Shown here: piece by piece, positions 31,085 to 39,312 of the stretch
How the letters are laid out: every line of letters starts with the position of its first letter
How positions within the stretch are numbered: the stretch's first letter is position 1
NCBI GenBank assembly: GCA_963780185.1
Contig: CAWABA010000004.1
Coordinates: 32,001-96,000 of the forward strand
Direction of reading: 5' to 3'
Source of the DNA: Candidatus Bathyarchaeota archaeon
GTDB lineage: Archaea; Thermoproteota; Bathyarchaeia; Bathyarchaeales; Bathycorpusculaceae
Length of the DNA: 64,000 nucleotides
Position numbers and translations under genes: made by a program
Notes under the pieces: model-generated
The model's input: only the letters and a program-made list of their open reading frames with translations
Told to the model about the DNA's origin: nothing
Databases searched by the model: none

Positions 31085-31747
31085 ATGGAAGTGGACACTA
31101 TTACGCAAGAAAACGATTTGGAGCCTGAAGGGCGAGACCCAAAACAGATTGCTCTCGCCGCATTTCGTTTCAGGGCTAGGCGAGGCATAGGCGTATTCTA
31201 CACCTCAGTCGCCCTCCCGCCGCTGCTTGCAAGCATAATGACTGCCTTACACACACCAGGCTACCTGACGTTAACTGGCATAGTGGTCTGCTTGATTATA
31301 GTTTGGATGGTTGCCCGAGCGGCTGGAATGAAAGGCTTTTACCACATGACCCACGTTATCGACTTATACAATGGTAAATTGGAAAATAAGAAAAGAGGAT
31401 TTCTCCACATGCTAAGAGGGCTACTTATTTTTGTTTTGCCCTTCGCAGTTTTCACGGTACTGAACATTTACGGTCTTAACTACTTAGCAGCTACAACAAT
31501 TTTCTGCTGGGTCGTCGTATGGGTCTTCTACCACATCTTTGTCACTTCACGGGCCTCAAAAGATGCTATTCTGCAGAGCCACATCGAAGATTGGCTTGCC
31601 TCGCCTTTGGCAATGCTCATTCTCATACTCGCGTCGCTCCCCGGTGTACCAAGTATCACTTTTGCCTTCGCAACTCCTGTTCTAATAGCCGCTGGCATCA
31701 AATCAATGTATGAAGCGCCCCAGGAGCTAGTACGAAGCAATGAGTAA
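31085..31747 (+). CDS. Hypothetical polytopic membrane protein
   Basis: About six hydrophobic helices; coupled to the downstream regulator. Confidence 0.75.
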   Translation: MEVDTITQENDLEPEGRDPKQIALAAFRFRARRGIGVFYTSVALPPLLASIMTALHTPGYLTLTGIVVCLIIVWMVARAAGMKGFYHMTHVIDLYNGKLENKKRGFLHMLRGLLIFVLPFAVFTVLNIYGLNYLAATTIFCWVVVWVFYHIFVTSRASKDAILQSHIEDWLASPLAMLILILASLPGVPSITFAFATPVLIAAGIKSMYEAPQELVRSNE

Positions 31748-32084
31748 ACCACCCAGCGACCACGACCAAGCCCTCTCGCAGTTCACTTCAGCAGGCGCAC
31801 TGTCGAGCTCCGTGCGGGTAGGCATCATGCTTGCGCTTCTCGGCGTTGAACGCATTACCTTCACCAACCTGCTGCTTGCCGTCAACGTCAGCAAAAGCTC
31901 GCTGAACAAAAGCATCAAGATTCTGGCGGATGAAGGCTACGTGAAAGAACGCTTCGGCTTCAAAAACACAGGCGGCCCACGCACCTTCGTACAGATTACC
32001 GATAAAGGAAAAACCGCCATCCGCACGCATCTGGAAACCATGCGCCGCCTAACCACAAAGTACCTGCCCGAAAGCCAACCATGA
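31740..32084 (+). CDS. MarR/ArsR-type winged-helix regulator (HTH_34-like)
   Basis: VRVGIMLAL, F..L...V.VSKSSL, L..EGYV, PRTFVQITDKGK. Confidence 0.85.
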   Translation: MSKPPSDHDQALSQFTSAGALSSSVRVGIMLALLGVERITFTNLLLAVNVSKSSLNKSIKILADEGYVKERFGFKNTGGPRTFVQITDKGKTAIRTHLETMRRLTTKYLPESQP

Positions 32085-32113
32085 AGTTTCAAGCTGTTCA
32101 GGCGTTTGATGCT

Positions 32114-32500
32114 TTAGATCCAGGCTGTTTCTATTTCTTTGATTTGCTTGAAGTGTGGGTCGTCTGTAATGCAGACTGCCTTGAGCATAAGTGCTGTGGC
32201 GGCGATTATGCTGCCACCCATGGACAAACGGTATTTGTGTCTTAACTCTGCGGAAATTTGGGCAATCTGCTCGTCAACAAGAACCACCTCAAATTCCCCC
32301 AGAATACCGGCAATTTGAGTTTTTACCGTTTCTCGGCTTCTCCTTGAAAGTGCAAAGTTATAGAATTCGTGGATTACAACAGCTGATATGTATCTACCTT
32401 TTCGGATATTTTGTGACCGCATTTTGTTTAGCAGCGACTTGTTTTCCGAGTAGTAATAGTCTACGAAGAACCTAGTGTCAAAGACTGCTTTGTTCGTCAT
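32114..32500 (-). CDS. vapC: VapC PIN-domain toxin
   Basis: VFDTRFF, VIHE, IIAATA, ITDDPHF; the usual Asp in LSMxDS reads Gly (LSMGGS). Confidence 0.85.
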   Translation of the reverse strand: MTNKAVFDTRFFVDYYYSENKSLLNKMRSQNIRKGRYISAVVIHEFYNFALSRRSRETVKTQIAGILGEFEVVLVDEQIAQISAELRHKYRLSMGGSIIAATALMLKAVCITDDPHFKQIKEIETAWI

Positions 32501-32828
32501 CTGGGTCTACTTCATGTCTCATTTTGTCAAGTTCTGCTTTCACTTCTTCGACTGTGGCCTGACCTGCGTAAGCTCCAGCCATATCCCAGAAGGTCTTCTT
32601 CCTCTTCAAAAGGACACCATCTCCTGTGTCGATTACCTCGAGCTTCGTGCCCTCTTCAATTTGGTATTTTCTGCGAAGCTTGACAGGAATCGTTGTCTGT
32701 CCTTTTTTTGTTACAACGACCACGACTTCCTTGACTTTGCTTCTTTTTGGAAAACTGATTTCCTCAAGCCTTATTTCCGATTCTTCCGTCAATGGGCTTT
32801 CTGCTGCTTTTGGCTCTAACTTTTCCAA
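32478..32828 (-). CDS. AbrB/MazE-family antitoxin (true start may be downstream)
   Basis: VTKKGQTTIPVKLRRKYQIEEG. Confidence 0.85.
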   Translation of the reverse strand: MEKLEPKAAESPLTEESEIRLEEISFPKRSKVKEVVVVVTKKGQTTIPVKLRRKYQIEEGTKLEVIDTGDGVLLKRKKTFWDMAGAYAGQATVEEVKAELDKMRHEVDPDDEQSSL

Positions 32829-32952
32829 CTTTTTTCGCCGTATTACTTTTAGTTTGTATTACCTTTAAGCGTTGCGGAATAACTTGCAAATTGCCGCCTG
32901 GGGGTGCGAAGGCTTTTTAGCGCAAACCACCCAATAACACACGTGAACCCAA

Positions 32953-33489
32953 ATGAGCCTACTTGACGCATCCGACTTCATCATCCAAAAGAAAATCCTC
33001 AGCGCTTACGAACACTACGATTTTTTGGACCTGCAAGGAAACAAACTGGCGGAAGCCGACGGCAGCCTCATCCAAATCCCACCCAAATTCGAAGTCAAAG
33101 ATACCCACCAAATTGAACTCCTCCACATGCAAGGCAAAACCCTCAGCCTCCACCACGAATTCACCCTCTATGGCACAACTGGGGAAGAGTTGGGAACCAT
33201 AAAAAAGAAAATCGCAACCTTTGGGCACCAAGAATACTGGATCGAAAAAAACGGGCAAGAATTCATGCGCATCTACGGCGACTTCACCTGCCACGAATAC
33301 CAAATGGAAACAGCCGGGCAATCCGTCGCCGCCGTACATAGGAAATGGGTTTCGCTGCGAGACCAAATGGGAGTCTCCATAACAGGCAACGTAGACCACC
33401 GAATAATCATAGGCGCAGTAATCGTAATAGAACATGTTGAAGCCACAGAACAACACTCTTCTTCGGGCACAGTCAACGTTAGATTTTGA
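32953..33489 (+). CDS. LURP-one-related/scramblase (Tubby C2) family protein
   Basis: IQKKILS, LGTIKKKI, GDF..HEY, V.RKWVSLRD. Confidence 0.85.
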   Translation: MSLLDASDFIIQKKILSAYEHYDFLDLQGNKLAEADGSLIQIPPKFEVKDTHQIELLHMQGKTLSLHHEFTLYGTTGEELGTIKKKIATFGHQEYWIEKNGQEFMRIYGDFTCHEYQMETAGQSVAAVHRKWVSLRDQMGVSITGNVDHRIIIGAVIVIEHVEATEQHSSSGTVNVRF

Positions 33490-33544
33490 AGCCATTGAAA
33501 ATATCAGCAGAATTAAATGATAAAACAACAAGAAGTAAAACCCT

Positions 33545-33728
33545 ATGGAAGAAATGACCTACCTAAACAAGGCAACAACCAAAAACGAATCCCTAAGAAC
33601 AACCATTCCAAGAAGCATAGTACAACAATTCGGCTTAACAGAATATGATATGCTTGAATGGATTCTAAAAGCGGAAGGTGGAGAACTGAGTTATTAGTGT
33701 GAAGCCTAGAAAAGGGGAAGTCAGGTAA
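33545..33728 (+). CDS. Small AbrB-like DNA-binding protein, frameshifted near 33689
   Basis: MEEMTYLNKATTKNESLRTTIPRSIVQQFGLTEYDMLEW; removing one base continues VISVKPRKGEVR-stop. Confidence 0.65.
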
Positions 33729-33730
33729 AA

Positions 33731-34366
33731 TTGACGAAGGCTATCTACCCACTAAATTTTGAGTGCCAAAAAAATGAAGCTGTATTCTATAATCATTTAC
33801 TTTATCCATCCTCCCTAAATAGGGCACGAATTGATGTACTTCAACGAATGGCACATTACTTTGAGCATTTAGACAAGAATGATGATAGGCTCCTCGTTTT
33901 AACGGCAGAATTATTGTTAGAAAATGCAATCGACAGATATTTGTCCGAATTAATGCCTTCTTATAAAAAGAATCTGAACGATAAGAAAGAATTTACTTTT
34001 TCCCTAAAGATTGCGGTAGCAAAATCACTCAAATTGTCACCACCACAGTTTTTTAACAGCGCAGATTTGATACGGAGAATAAGAAACCAATTTGTTCATC
34101 AGTTGGAAATCACAAAGTTTGAAATGCTTAACTCTAAGATACAGAAAGAAATAAGCGACAATTTGCTACTTTATATTCCGAAAGAGAAACTTGCTGAAAA
34201 AACATTGCAAGAACGTTTCAGGTCTCTTTCTTTGTATACTTTTTACGGCATGAACCGTCAAATTGAAAACGTGCATTCTCTTAATGTTTTCATAAGAGAT
34301 GATGGATTTCTGAGCAACTTGACAAAATTTTTTGCTCAAAAAGGAATATGTACCCCCACTAAGTGA
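33731..34366 (+). CDS. MtlR-like HEPN-domain protein
   Basis: DDR..VL....LLE, FTFSLKI..A, IRRIRNQFVH (R-x4-H); AT-rich. Confidence 0.65.
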   Translation: MTKAIYPLNFECQKNEAVFYNHLLYPSSLNRARIDVLQRMAHYFEHLDKNDDRLLVLTAELLLENAIDRYLSELMPSYKKNLNDKKEFTFSLKIAVAKSLKLSPPQFFNSADLIRRIRNQFVHQLEITKFEMLNSKIQKEISDNLLLYIPKEKLAEKTLQERFRSLSLYTFYGMNRQIENVHSLNVFIRDDGFLSNLTKFFAQKGICTPTK

Positions 34367-34480
34367 CGAAATGGCTAAAATTGGCATCCCTTGAAAGTTT
34401 ACGTGGAGAGCTATCCCTTAGAGACTTTACAGAACCCAAAATAGCAACCATTAAAAGTTAGAGTTGCAAAAATAAGCGGT

Positions 34481-34812
34481 TTATTTTTTGCGTATGTTGC
34501 ATTGGAGTACTTTGGGGCAGATTAGGCATTCGTCTTGTGTTAGCATGCTTTCTCCTGGCATGTGGAGTAGGCTGCTGTAGTGGGCGCATTTGGCGGTGAG
34601 TCGAAGACGGTTGGGTATTCGGTGGGTTTGACTTCGATGACTCGGTTTTTTTCGGTGATGAGGTTGAGTTTGCTCATGCAGTAGGGGCAGGCGAAGTGGG
34701 TTTGTCGTGGGATGGTGTTGGTGTCGGTTATGACGGTCGGCTTGTCAAATACTTTTTCGCATCCTTTGTAAGGGCATTTGAGTTTTTGCTCGTGCCCATG
34801 GAAAAGCTGCAC
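34481..34812 (-). CDS. Multi-zinc-finger small protein, frameshifted near 34594
   Basis: CPYKGC..F, CPYC; the shifted frame continues AKCAHY...DECLICPKVLQCNIRKK-stop. Confidence 0.7.
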
Positions 34813-35091
34813 GTCATTCGCCTCCCATGTTTATTTAACATCGAGTGTAGCAATATTTAATAAACTTTATCGACTAACGCTTCCTCCGTCTAATTGCACA
34901 ACAGAAATACACAAACGCCAAACCCCATAGCGACAAATGCAAAGCCTTTTAGACAATAACCAATCAATACCACATCACAGCCCGTTGAAATTATGCTATT
35001 TATGCAACATTTCACAACAATTATGAACAAATCTCAACCACCCTTATATCGCCTAACGACCCATCAATATCAAAAAAGAACGGTGAAAAAA

Positions 35092-35154
35092 ATGGAAAAA
35101 CCATCCCCAAAAAAAGCAGCCCCAAAAGAAGTCCTGTACTTCCCGCATGTATAG
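35092..35154 (+). CDS. Putative 20-aa micro-ORF MEKPSPKKAAPKEVLYFPHV
   Basis: TATA-like CTTATAT at 35043-35049 and GGTGA SD. Confidence 0.4.
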   Translation: MEKPSPKKAAPKEVLYFPHV

Positions 35155-35164
35155 GTGACATGAA

Positions 35165-35314
35165 ATGTTTGCGGAGACAAGTATGCCCATATTTGTGCTG
35201 TGCACAAGCTCGCTGACGGCAGCCTTCGTGTACTATAATCTGAAATACCGAAAGTTCCTCAAAGAAAACCCAAGCTTAACCAACCCATCCACAGAGCAAA
35301 ACAGAAGGAGGTGA
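35165..35314 (+). CDS. Putative 49-aa single-pass membrane peptide
   Basis: AGGTGA SD overlapping the previous stop; hydrophobic stretch then a basic tail. Confidence 0.45.
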   Translation: MFAETSMPIFVLCTSSLTAAFVYYNLKYRKFLKENPSLTNPSTEQNRRR

Positions 35315-35430
35315 ACCAGAAGACAAAACGAAAAAATGCAAACACATCAACAAGCCAATTCCGCGCCCACCCGCCCAACAGGAATTTGGCTTCCCCTTTT
35401 TCTTTTTTTTAACGTCAAAGTTTTTATCCT

Positions 35431-36021
35431 CTATGCGAGGACTTTATGGCAAGTGATATTCTTGGTTGAAATTTTGACGGGTAAGATGGTTTCAATAGTA
35501 ACGAAGACCATGTTTCCAATGGTGGATAAGGTGGTTTCTGAATTTGCGAGCTGATAGAAATCTGAAAAACGACTTGGAAGCTCTAAAAAGATGTTTTCCT
35601 CGGTTTTCTTGATGGGTACAACCTCTTTTGAAAGTGATGTGCCATTCCACTCCGCTATTTCCCGATCAGCAACCCCGACGGTTGACCTTGAAAGCGCATA
35701 AACAAATGCTTTTTCGCCCCAAAGGTCAAAGTTTACCATCTCGCGAGGTATCTCAACCTGATTAATCGGTCGTTTCTGGAAGTCCTTTGGGTAAACTGTC
35801 TTGACGAGCACACCTTTTTTCAAATTATGTTTTATTGAGGCTTTGTTTTCGGCTAATAGGCGGTTTACGCTTCCATCTATTTTGCCGTTTGTGCACTGAA
35901 GGTTTTCAGCGATTTCTGAAATTGTTATGCCGTGCTTCTTCATGATTTGCTGCAGGACGGCTGCGTCGGTTGATTGCCCTTTTTTGTGCATTACGACGGG
36001 TGCTCCTGAAAGACGGCTCAT
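35431..36021 (-). CDS. HTH-domain protein
   Basis: GITISEIAENLQCTNGKIDGSVNRL helix-turn-helix; C-terminal domain not recognised. Confidence 0.7.
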   Translation of the reverse strand: MSRLSGAPVVMHKKGQSTDAAVLQQIMKKHGITISEIAENLQCTNGKIDGSVNRLLAENKASIKHNLKKGVLVKTVYPKDFQKRPINQVEIPREMVNFDLWGEKAFVYALSRSTVGVADREIAEWNGTSLSKEVVPIKKTEENIFLELPSRFSDFYQLANSETTLSTIGNMVFVTIETILPVKISTKNITCHKVLA

Positions 36022-36125
36022 ATCATCACATTGCCTGTGGAATTGATGAGTGTTAGTTGCTAATAAGCGTTTAGAAGCTTCCAAACGACTATTAAATTAA
36101 CACAAAAAACCCATAAGTCTACGAC

Positions 36126-36374
36126 ATGACCAAGGCAGTGCTCATGAGCCCTACAGCCTACAGGTGGCTACAAAGACACCCATTCGTCTCAGAAGAAGCC
36201 ATAATAGGCATAATCCTAAACTGCCCGACAAGAGAGCGCAAGTACTTTGACGATGAGAGATTCCAAATCACCTTCAAAAGAAGAAAAAACGGCAAATTCG
36301 TAAACATCACACTATGGATACATGAAAGACAGGACTCGTTTTACATAGGCAAAATGCATTCAGAAAAAGCGTAA
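36126..36374 (+). CDS. Small basic hypothetical protein (RelE/BrnT-like fold suspected)
   Basis: 82 aa; beta-rich C-terminus ending IGKMHS; divergent from the HTH gene. Confidence 0.55.
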   Translation: MTKAVLMSPTAYRWLQRHPFVSEEAIIGIILNCPTRERKYFDDERFQITFKRRKNGKFVNITLWIHERQDSFYIGKMHSEKA

Positions 36375-36415
36375 GGCAAACTGCCCTTTGAACCAACATT
36401 GTTGGGATTGGGGTG

Positions 36416-36431
36416 TGGAGCCTCGAGCGGG
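36416..36431 (-). repeat. tRNA-Thr 3'-end copy 3 (16 bp)
   Basis: TGGAGCCTCGAGCGGG identical to 38821-38836. Confidence 0.8.
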
Positions 36432-36548
36432 AATTAATCATTTGGGATGTAAAGCACTCTGGAGTTTTGCATATCCGAAGATTTCGTAGAAACCCCAATT
36501 TTATTATTTAGGCGCTGACATAACTGTGAATCAGGGGAAGATTACTGC

Positions 36549-37229
36549 ATGAAGGTTTTCGAAAGACCCGGTCCCGTAAACACTGATAGCGTCATAGATA
36601 TTGCAAGTGAGGCTGCATCCAGAGCTGATTTTGTCGTTGTGGCGTCGGTTACGGGCAGCAGCGCCGTGAAAGTAGCTGAGAAAATACGGGACAAACCCGT
36701 CGTCTGTGTTACCTGTCCTCAAGGCATGTTCTGGCAAGTTAACGAGATGAAAGACGACCTCTTCGCCAGAATCCCTGAACTGAGAAGCCGACGCGACGAC
36801 TGGGTCAACAAAGGCTTAGAAAAGGTTCCCATGTTTGTAACGGAGGAAAACAAAGCCAAGCTGGACAGTTTAGGCGTCAAGATTGTTCGAGGAACCATCC
36901 CCCTGTTTGGTCCAAGCTTCTCCATGAGAACCCACCTCAAAAAAACAACTTCACTGGATGTAATCGCGAAGACGTTGGAGTTGATTTCCACCGGAACGCT
37001 GGTTTGCATGGAAACCGTTCTGATGGCAACCGACGCAGGCGTCATTCCTGAAGAGAAACGGGTTCTTGCCTGTGCAGGAACAGAAATGGGTTTAGACACC
37101 GCGTGGATTCTGAGAAACAGCGCGTCGGCGAACCTGTTTCATCCCGAGAGAGGCTTCAGGTTCGTGGAGCTGCTGGCAAAGCCCGGGGTTGCACTTACTC
37201 CCAAAGTAGACATTAAATACCTAAGATGA
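36549..37229 (+). CDS. Pyruvate kinase C-terminal alpha/beta domain protein (COG1751-like)
   Basis: FERPGPVNT, VVVASVTGSSA, VC.E..LMATDAG.I, AGT..GLDTA. Confidence 0.85.
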   Translation: MKVFERPGPVNTDSVIDIASEAASRADFVVVASVTGSSAVKVAEKIRDKPVVCVTCPQGMFWQVNEMKDDLFARIPELRSRRDDWVNKGLEKVPMFVTEENKAKLDSLGVKIVRGTIPLFGPSFSMRTHLKKTTSLDVIAKTLELISTGTLVCMETVLMATDAGVIPEEKRVLACAGTEMGLDTAWILRNSASANLFHPERGFRFVELLAKPGVALTPKVDIKYLR

Positions 37230-37275
37230 ACCGCATAATCCGAAGAGCATTTTTGGGTAAGGCTTAGCCTTGCAA

Positions 37276-37297
37276 AGGTGGAGCCTCGAGCGGGCTT
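37276..37297 (-). repeat. tRNA-Thr 3'-end copy 2 (22 bp)
   Basis: AGGTGGAGCCTCGAGCGGGCTT identical to 38818-38839. Confidence 0.9.
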
Positions 37298-37485
37298 TTG
37301 TTTTTATCAGGCACCGGGAGTTAAGGTACCTGTTCGCAGGAAGGGAAGCGGGAGCTATTAGTACACCGTTTAAAGGAAGAAGAAGTTGAAGGACAAGGAA
37401 TCAGCTCATCCGTCTTCTTTTGACAAAATTCACTTCAAGACTTCAACTCAGAAATTGCCTTTTGCCAACTGCTAAAACGACAGTT

Positions 37486-38037
37486 TTACTTGTGATTTGA
37501 AGGCGGCTTCTCGTTTAATTCACGGTATCTTTCCATCGCGTAAGTTACGATTTCAGCTGCTTCACACGCATTCTTCCATGCACGTACTTTCACCCATTTG
37601 TGAGGTTCAAGCCGCTTGTATGTCTCGAAAAACTCTTGAATTTCAACTAGCCGATGCTTATGAACATCGGTAATATCCTTGTAGCCTTCGAAGCGGGCAT
37701 CATTGACAAGCACTGACAGAATCTTTGCGTCAAGCCCTTCTTCATCTTCGATTATTAACGCCCCTATAACGCGGACTTTAACGATACAGCTTGTCGTCAA
37801 AGGAGCATAGCTAAGCACCATTATATCCAATGGGTCTTCGTCATCAAACCATGTTTGAGGAACAAAACCGTATTCTACAGGGAAAACAACCGATGAAGGA
37901 ATAATCCTATCTAAAACGAAACCTTCCCACTTTAAACTGTACTCATACTTATCTCGAGAACCGCTTGAGACTTCAATAACCATATTTAGTTGTTGAGGCG
38001 GGTTATCTCCGGCAGGGATGTCTTTCCAGAAGTTCAT
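37486..38037 (-). CDS. ppa: Inorganic pyrophosphatase, family I
   Basis: KYEY, YGFVPQT..DDEDPLD, DEEGLDAK, FFETYK.LE. Confidence 0.95.
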   Translation of the reverse strand: MNFWKDIPAGDNPPQQLNMVIEVSSGSRDKYEYSLKWEGFVLDRIIPSSVVFPVEYGFVPQTWFDDEDPLDIMVLSYAPLTTSCIVKVRVIGALIIEDEEGLDAKILSVLVNDARFEGYKDITDVHKHRLVEIQEFFETYKRLEPHKWVKVRAWKNACEAAEIVTYAMERYRELNEKPPSNHK

Positions 38038-38105
38038 CTTTTATCAACTTTTACCAAACTCTAATCCAGCGATTTAAACATAACCAACATTAAAAATGGA
38101 AGTGT

Positions 38106-38147
38106 TGGAGGCTCGAGCGGGCTTCGATCCCGCGGCCTGCAGCTTAC
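38106..38147 (-). repeat. tRNA-Thr 3'-half copy 1 (42 bp, 3 mismatches; starts in the anticodon loop)
   Basis: tggaggctcgagcgggcttcgatcccgcggcctgcagcttac versus 38821-38862. Confidence 0.95.
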
Positions 38148-38203
38148 AGTAGCCTTATATCGATTTGTATACATATTAAACTAATCGTTTACAGGTGTGT
38201 ACT

Positions 38204-38428
38204 ATGGAAACAGAGGTCCTGTCTGTCAGAGTTAAGAAAAGCCTCAAAAAAGAAGCAGAAAGGATGGGTATTGATATAAAAGCTGCTGTAGAAGAGCGTC
38301 TCGAGGAACTTGTGGAGGAAAAGAAAGCGAAAGCCAAAAGACGCGCGGAGGAGCTTCGTCGCGCTATGGGAAACGTTACTGTGGAGGAGTGGGTAAAAGA
38401 CGTCAAAGAGACAAGGCAAGAGATGTAA
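38204..38428 (+). CDS. vapB: VapB-type antitoxin (ribbon-helix-helix-like)
   Basis: TEVLSVRVKKSLKKEAERMGIDIK; EEWVKDVKETR. Confidence 0.85.
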   Translation: METEVLSVRVKKSLKKEAERMGIDIKAAVEERLEELVEEKKAKAKRRAEELRRAMGNVTVEEWVKDVKETRQEM

Positions 38429-38801
38429 ATACCTACTAGACGCATCCTCATTGTACCCCCTACTGCTTTCTGGAGAAGCCTTCGACTTTGAGCAATGTGC
38501 TGTAAGTACCCTGACGGAATATGAATTAGGCAACGTACTTTGGAAAGAAACTAGGAGAAAGAGAATCGACTTCAAGCAGGCATCGCAAACTTTTTCGGAT
38601 GCTCTGTCAGAGCTAAAGAAAATCGGCATCGGCAGTATAGACGATATTTTGGTATTAGCACTGGAGAGAAACCTTACCTTTTACGATGCCTCATATGCTT
38701 ACCTCGCTGAAAGGGAAGATATGAAACTAGTTACCGAAGATGTTGATTTGATTAAGAAATGTAAGTGTGCCATCCACACAAAAGAGATGGAGCCAACTTA
38801 G
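38400..38801 (+). CDS. vapC: VapC PIN-domain toxin; probable start is ACG at 38400
   Basis: KYLLDASSLYP lies upstream of the first TTG; YELGNVLWK, LTFYDASY, LVTED. Confidence 0.85.
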   Translation, partial: TSKRQGKRCKYLLDASSLYPLLLSGEAFDFEQCAVSTLTEYELGNVLWKETRRKRIDFKQASQTFSDALSELKKIGIGSIDDILVLALERNLTFYDASYAYLAEREDMKLVTEDVDLIKKCKCAIHTKEMEPT

Positions 38802-38820
38802 CTTGCTTGTTTGAATGAGG

Positions 38821-38897
38821 TGGAGCCTCGAGCGGGCTTCGGTCCCGCGGCCTGCTGCTTACGAGGCAGCCGCTCTACCAGGCTGAGCCATCGAGGC
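38821..38897 (-). tRNA. tRNA-Thr(CGU), CCA encoded, atypical T-loop ACCGAAG
   Basis: GCCTCGA/TCGAGGC acceptor stem, U73; anticodon arm GCTGC-CTCGTAA-GCAGC. Confidence 0.95.
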
Positions 38898-39006
38898 GCA
38901 CCGTTTATGTTTGCTAATCAGTGAAGCCCAAGTTTTTAAATGTTTTATCGCAGAGGTGCATGTTGAAAAGCGCCATTCCACATAGAAAAGTGCATGTGTC
39001 GAATGT

Positions 39007-39194
39007 ATGTTGAAGTATGTTGTTTCATATTTGGAGCCTATTTGGTGCATCTAGTTGACGGAGGGGGTAGATGTTGCATTCAAACATAAACGGGGTTCAG
39101 GCGCTGTTCTTTGTGTCTATTTGGCTCATCTAGATGTCCCTATTTGGATCCTATAGAAAACCGTAGGGAGGCTGGGTACGAAAAAATAAAAACC
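39007..39194 (+). repeat. ~190-bp non-coding repeat, copy 1 (inverted relative to 46559-46748)
   Basis: Near-identical flanks with a divergent ~15-nt centre; internal TATTTGG x4 and TATTTGGnnCATCTAG x2. Confidence 0.95.
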
Positions 39195-39312
39195 CGACGG
39201 GGAAGACACCGATTTACGTGACCAAAACTCAGCCCAAACACGGCTTAAGCGTCAATCTTAAAAGGTTTAACCAGCTTATCTTGATTTGTAGTTTTAATTC
39301 AGAGGCGATTAC

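Noticed and set aside
38821-38897. tRNA(CGU) as a dedicated ACG initiator tRNA
   Set aside because: It has G1:C72, C2:G71 and U73 threonine identity elements and lacks A1:U72 and the three G-C anticodon-stem pairs; only the odd T-loop is kept as a finding.
36416-38897. CRISPR array
   Set aside because: The repeats are tRNA-derived, unequal in length and separated by 0.7-0.9 kb genes; no cas genes are present.
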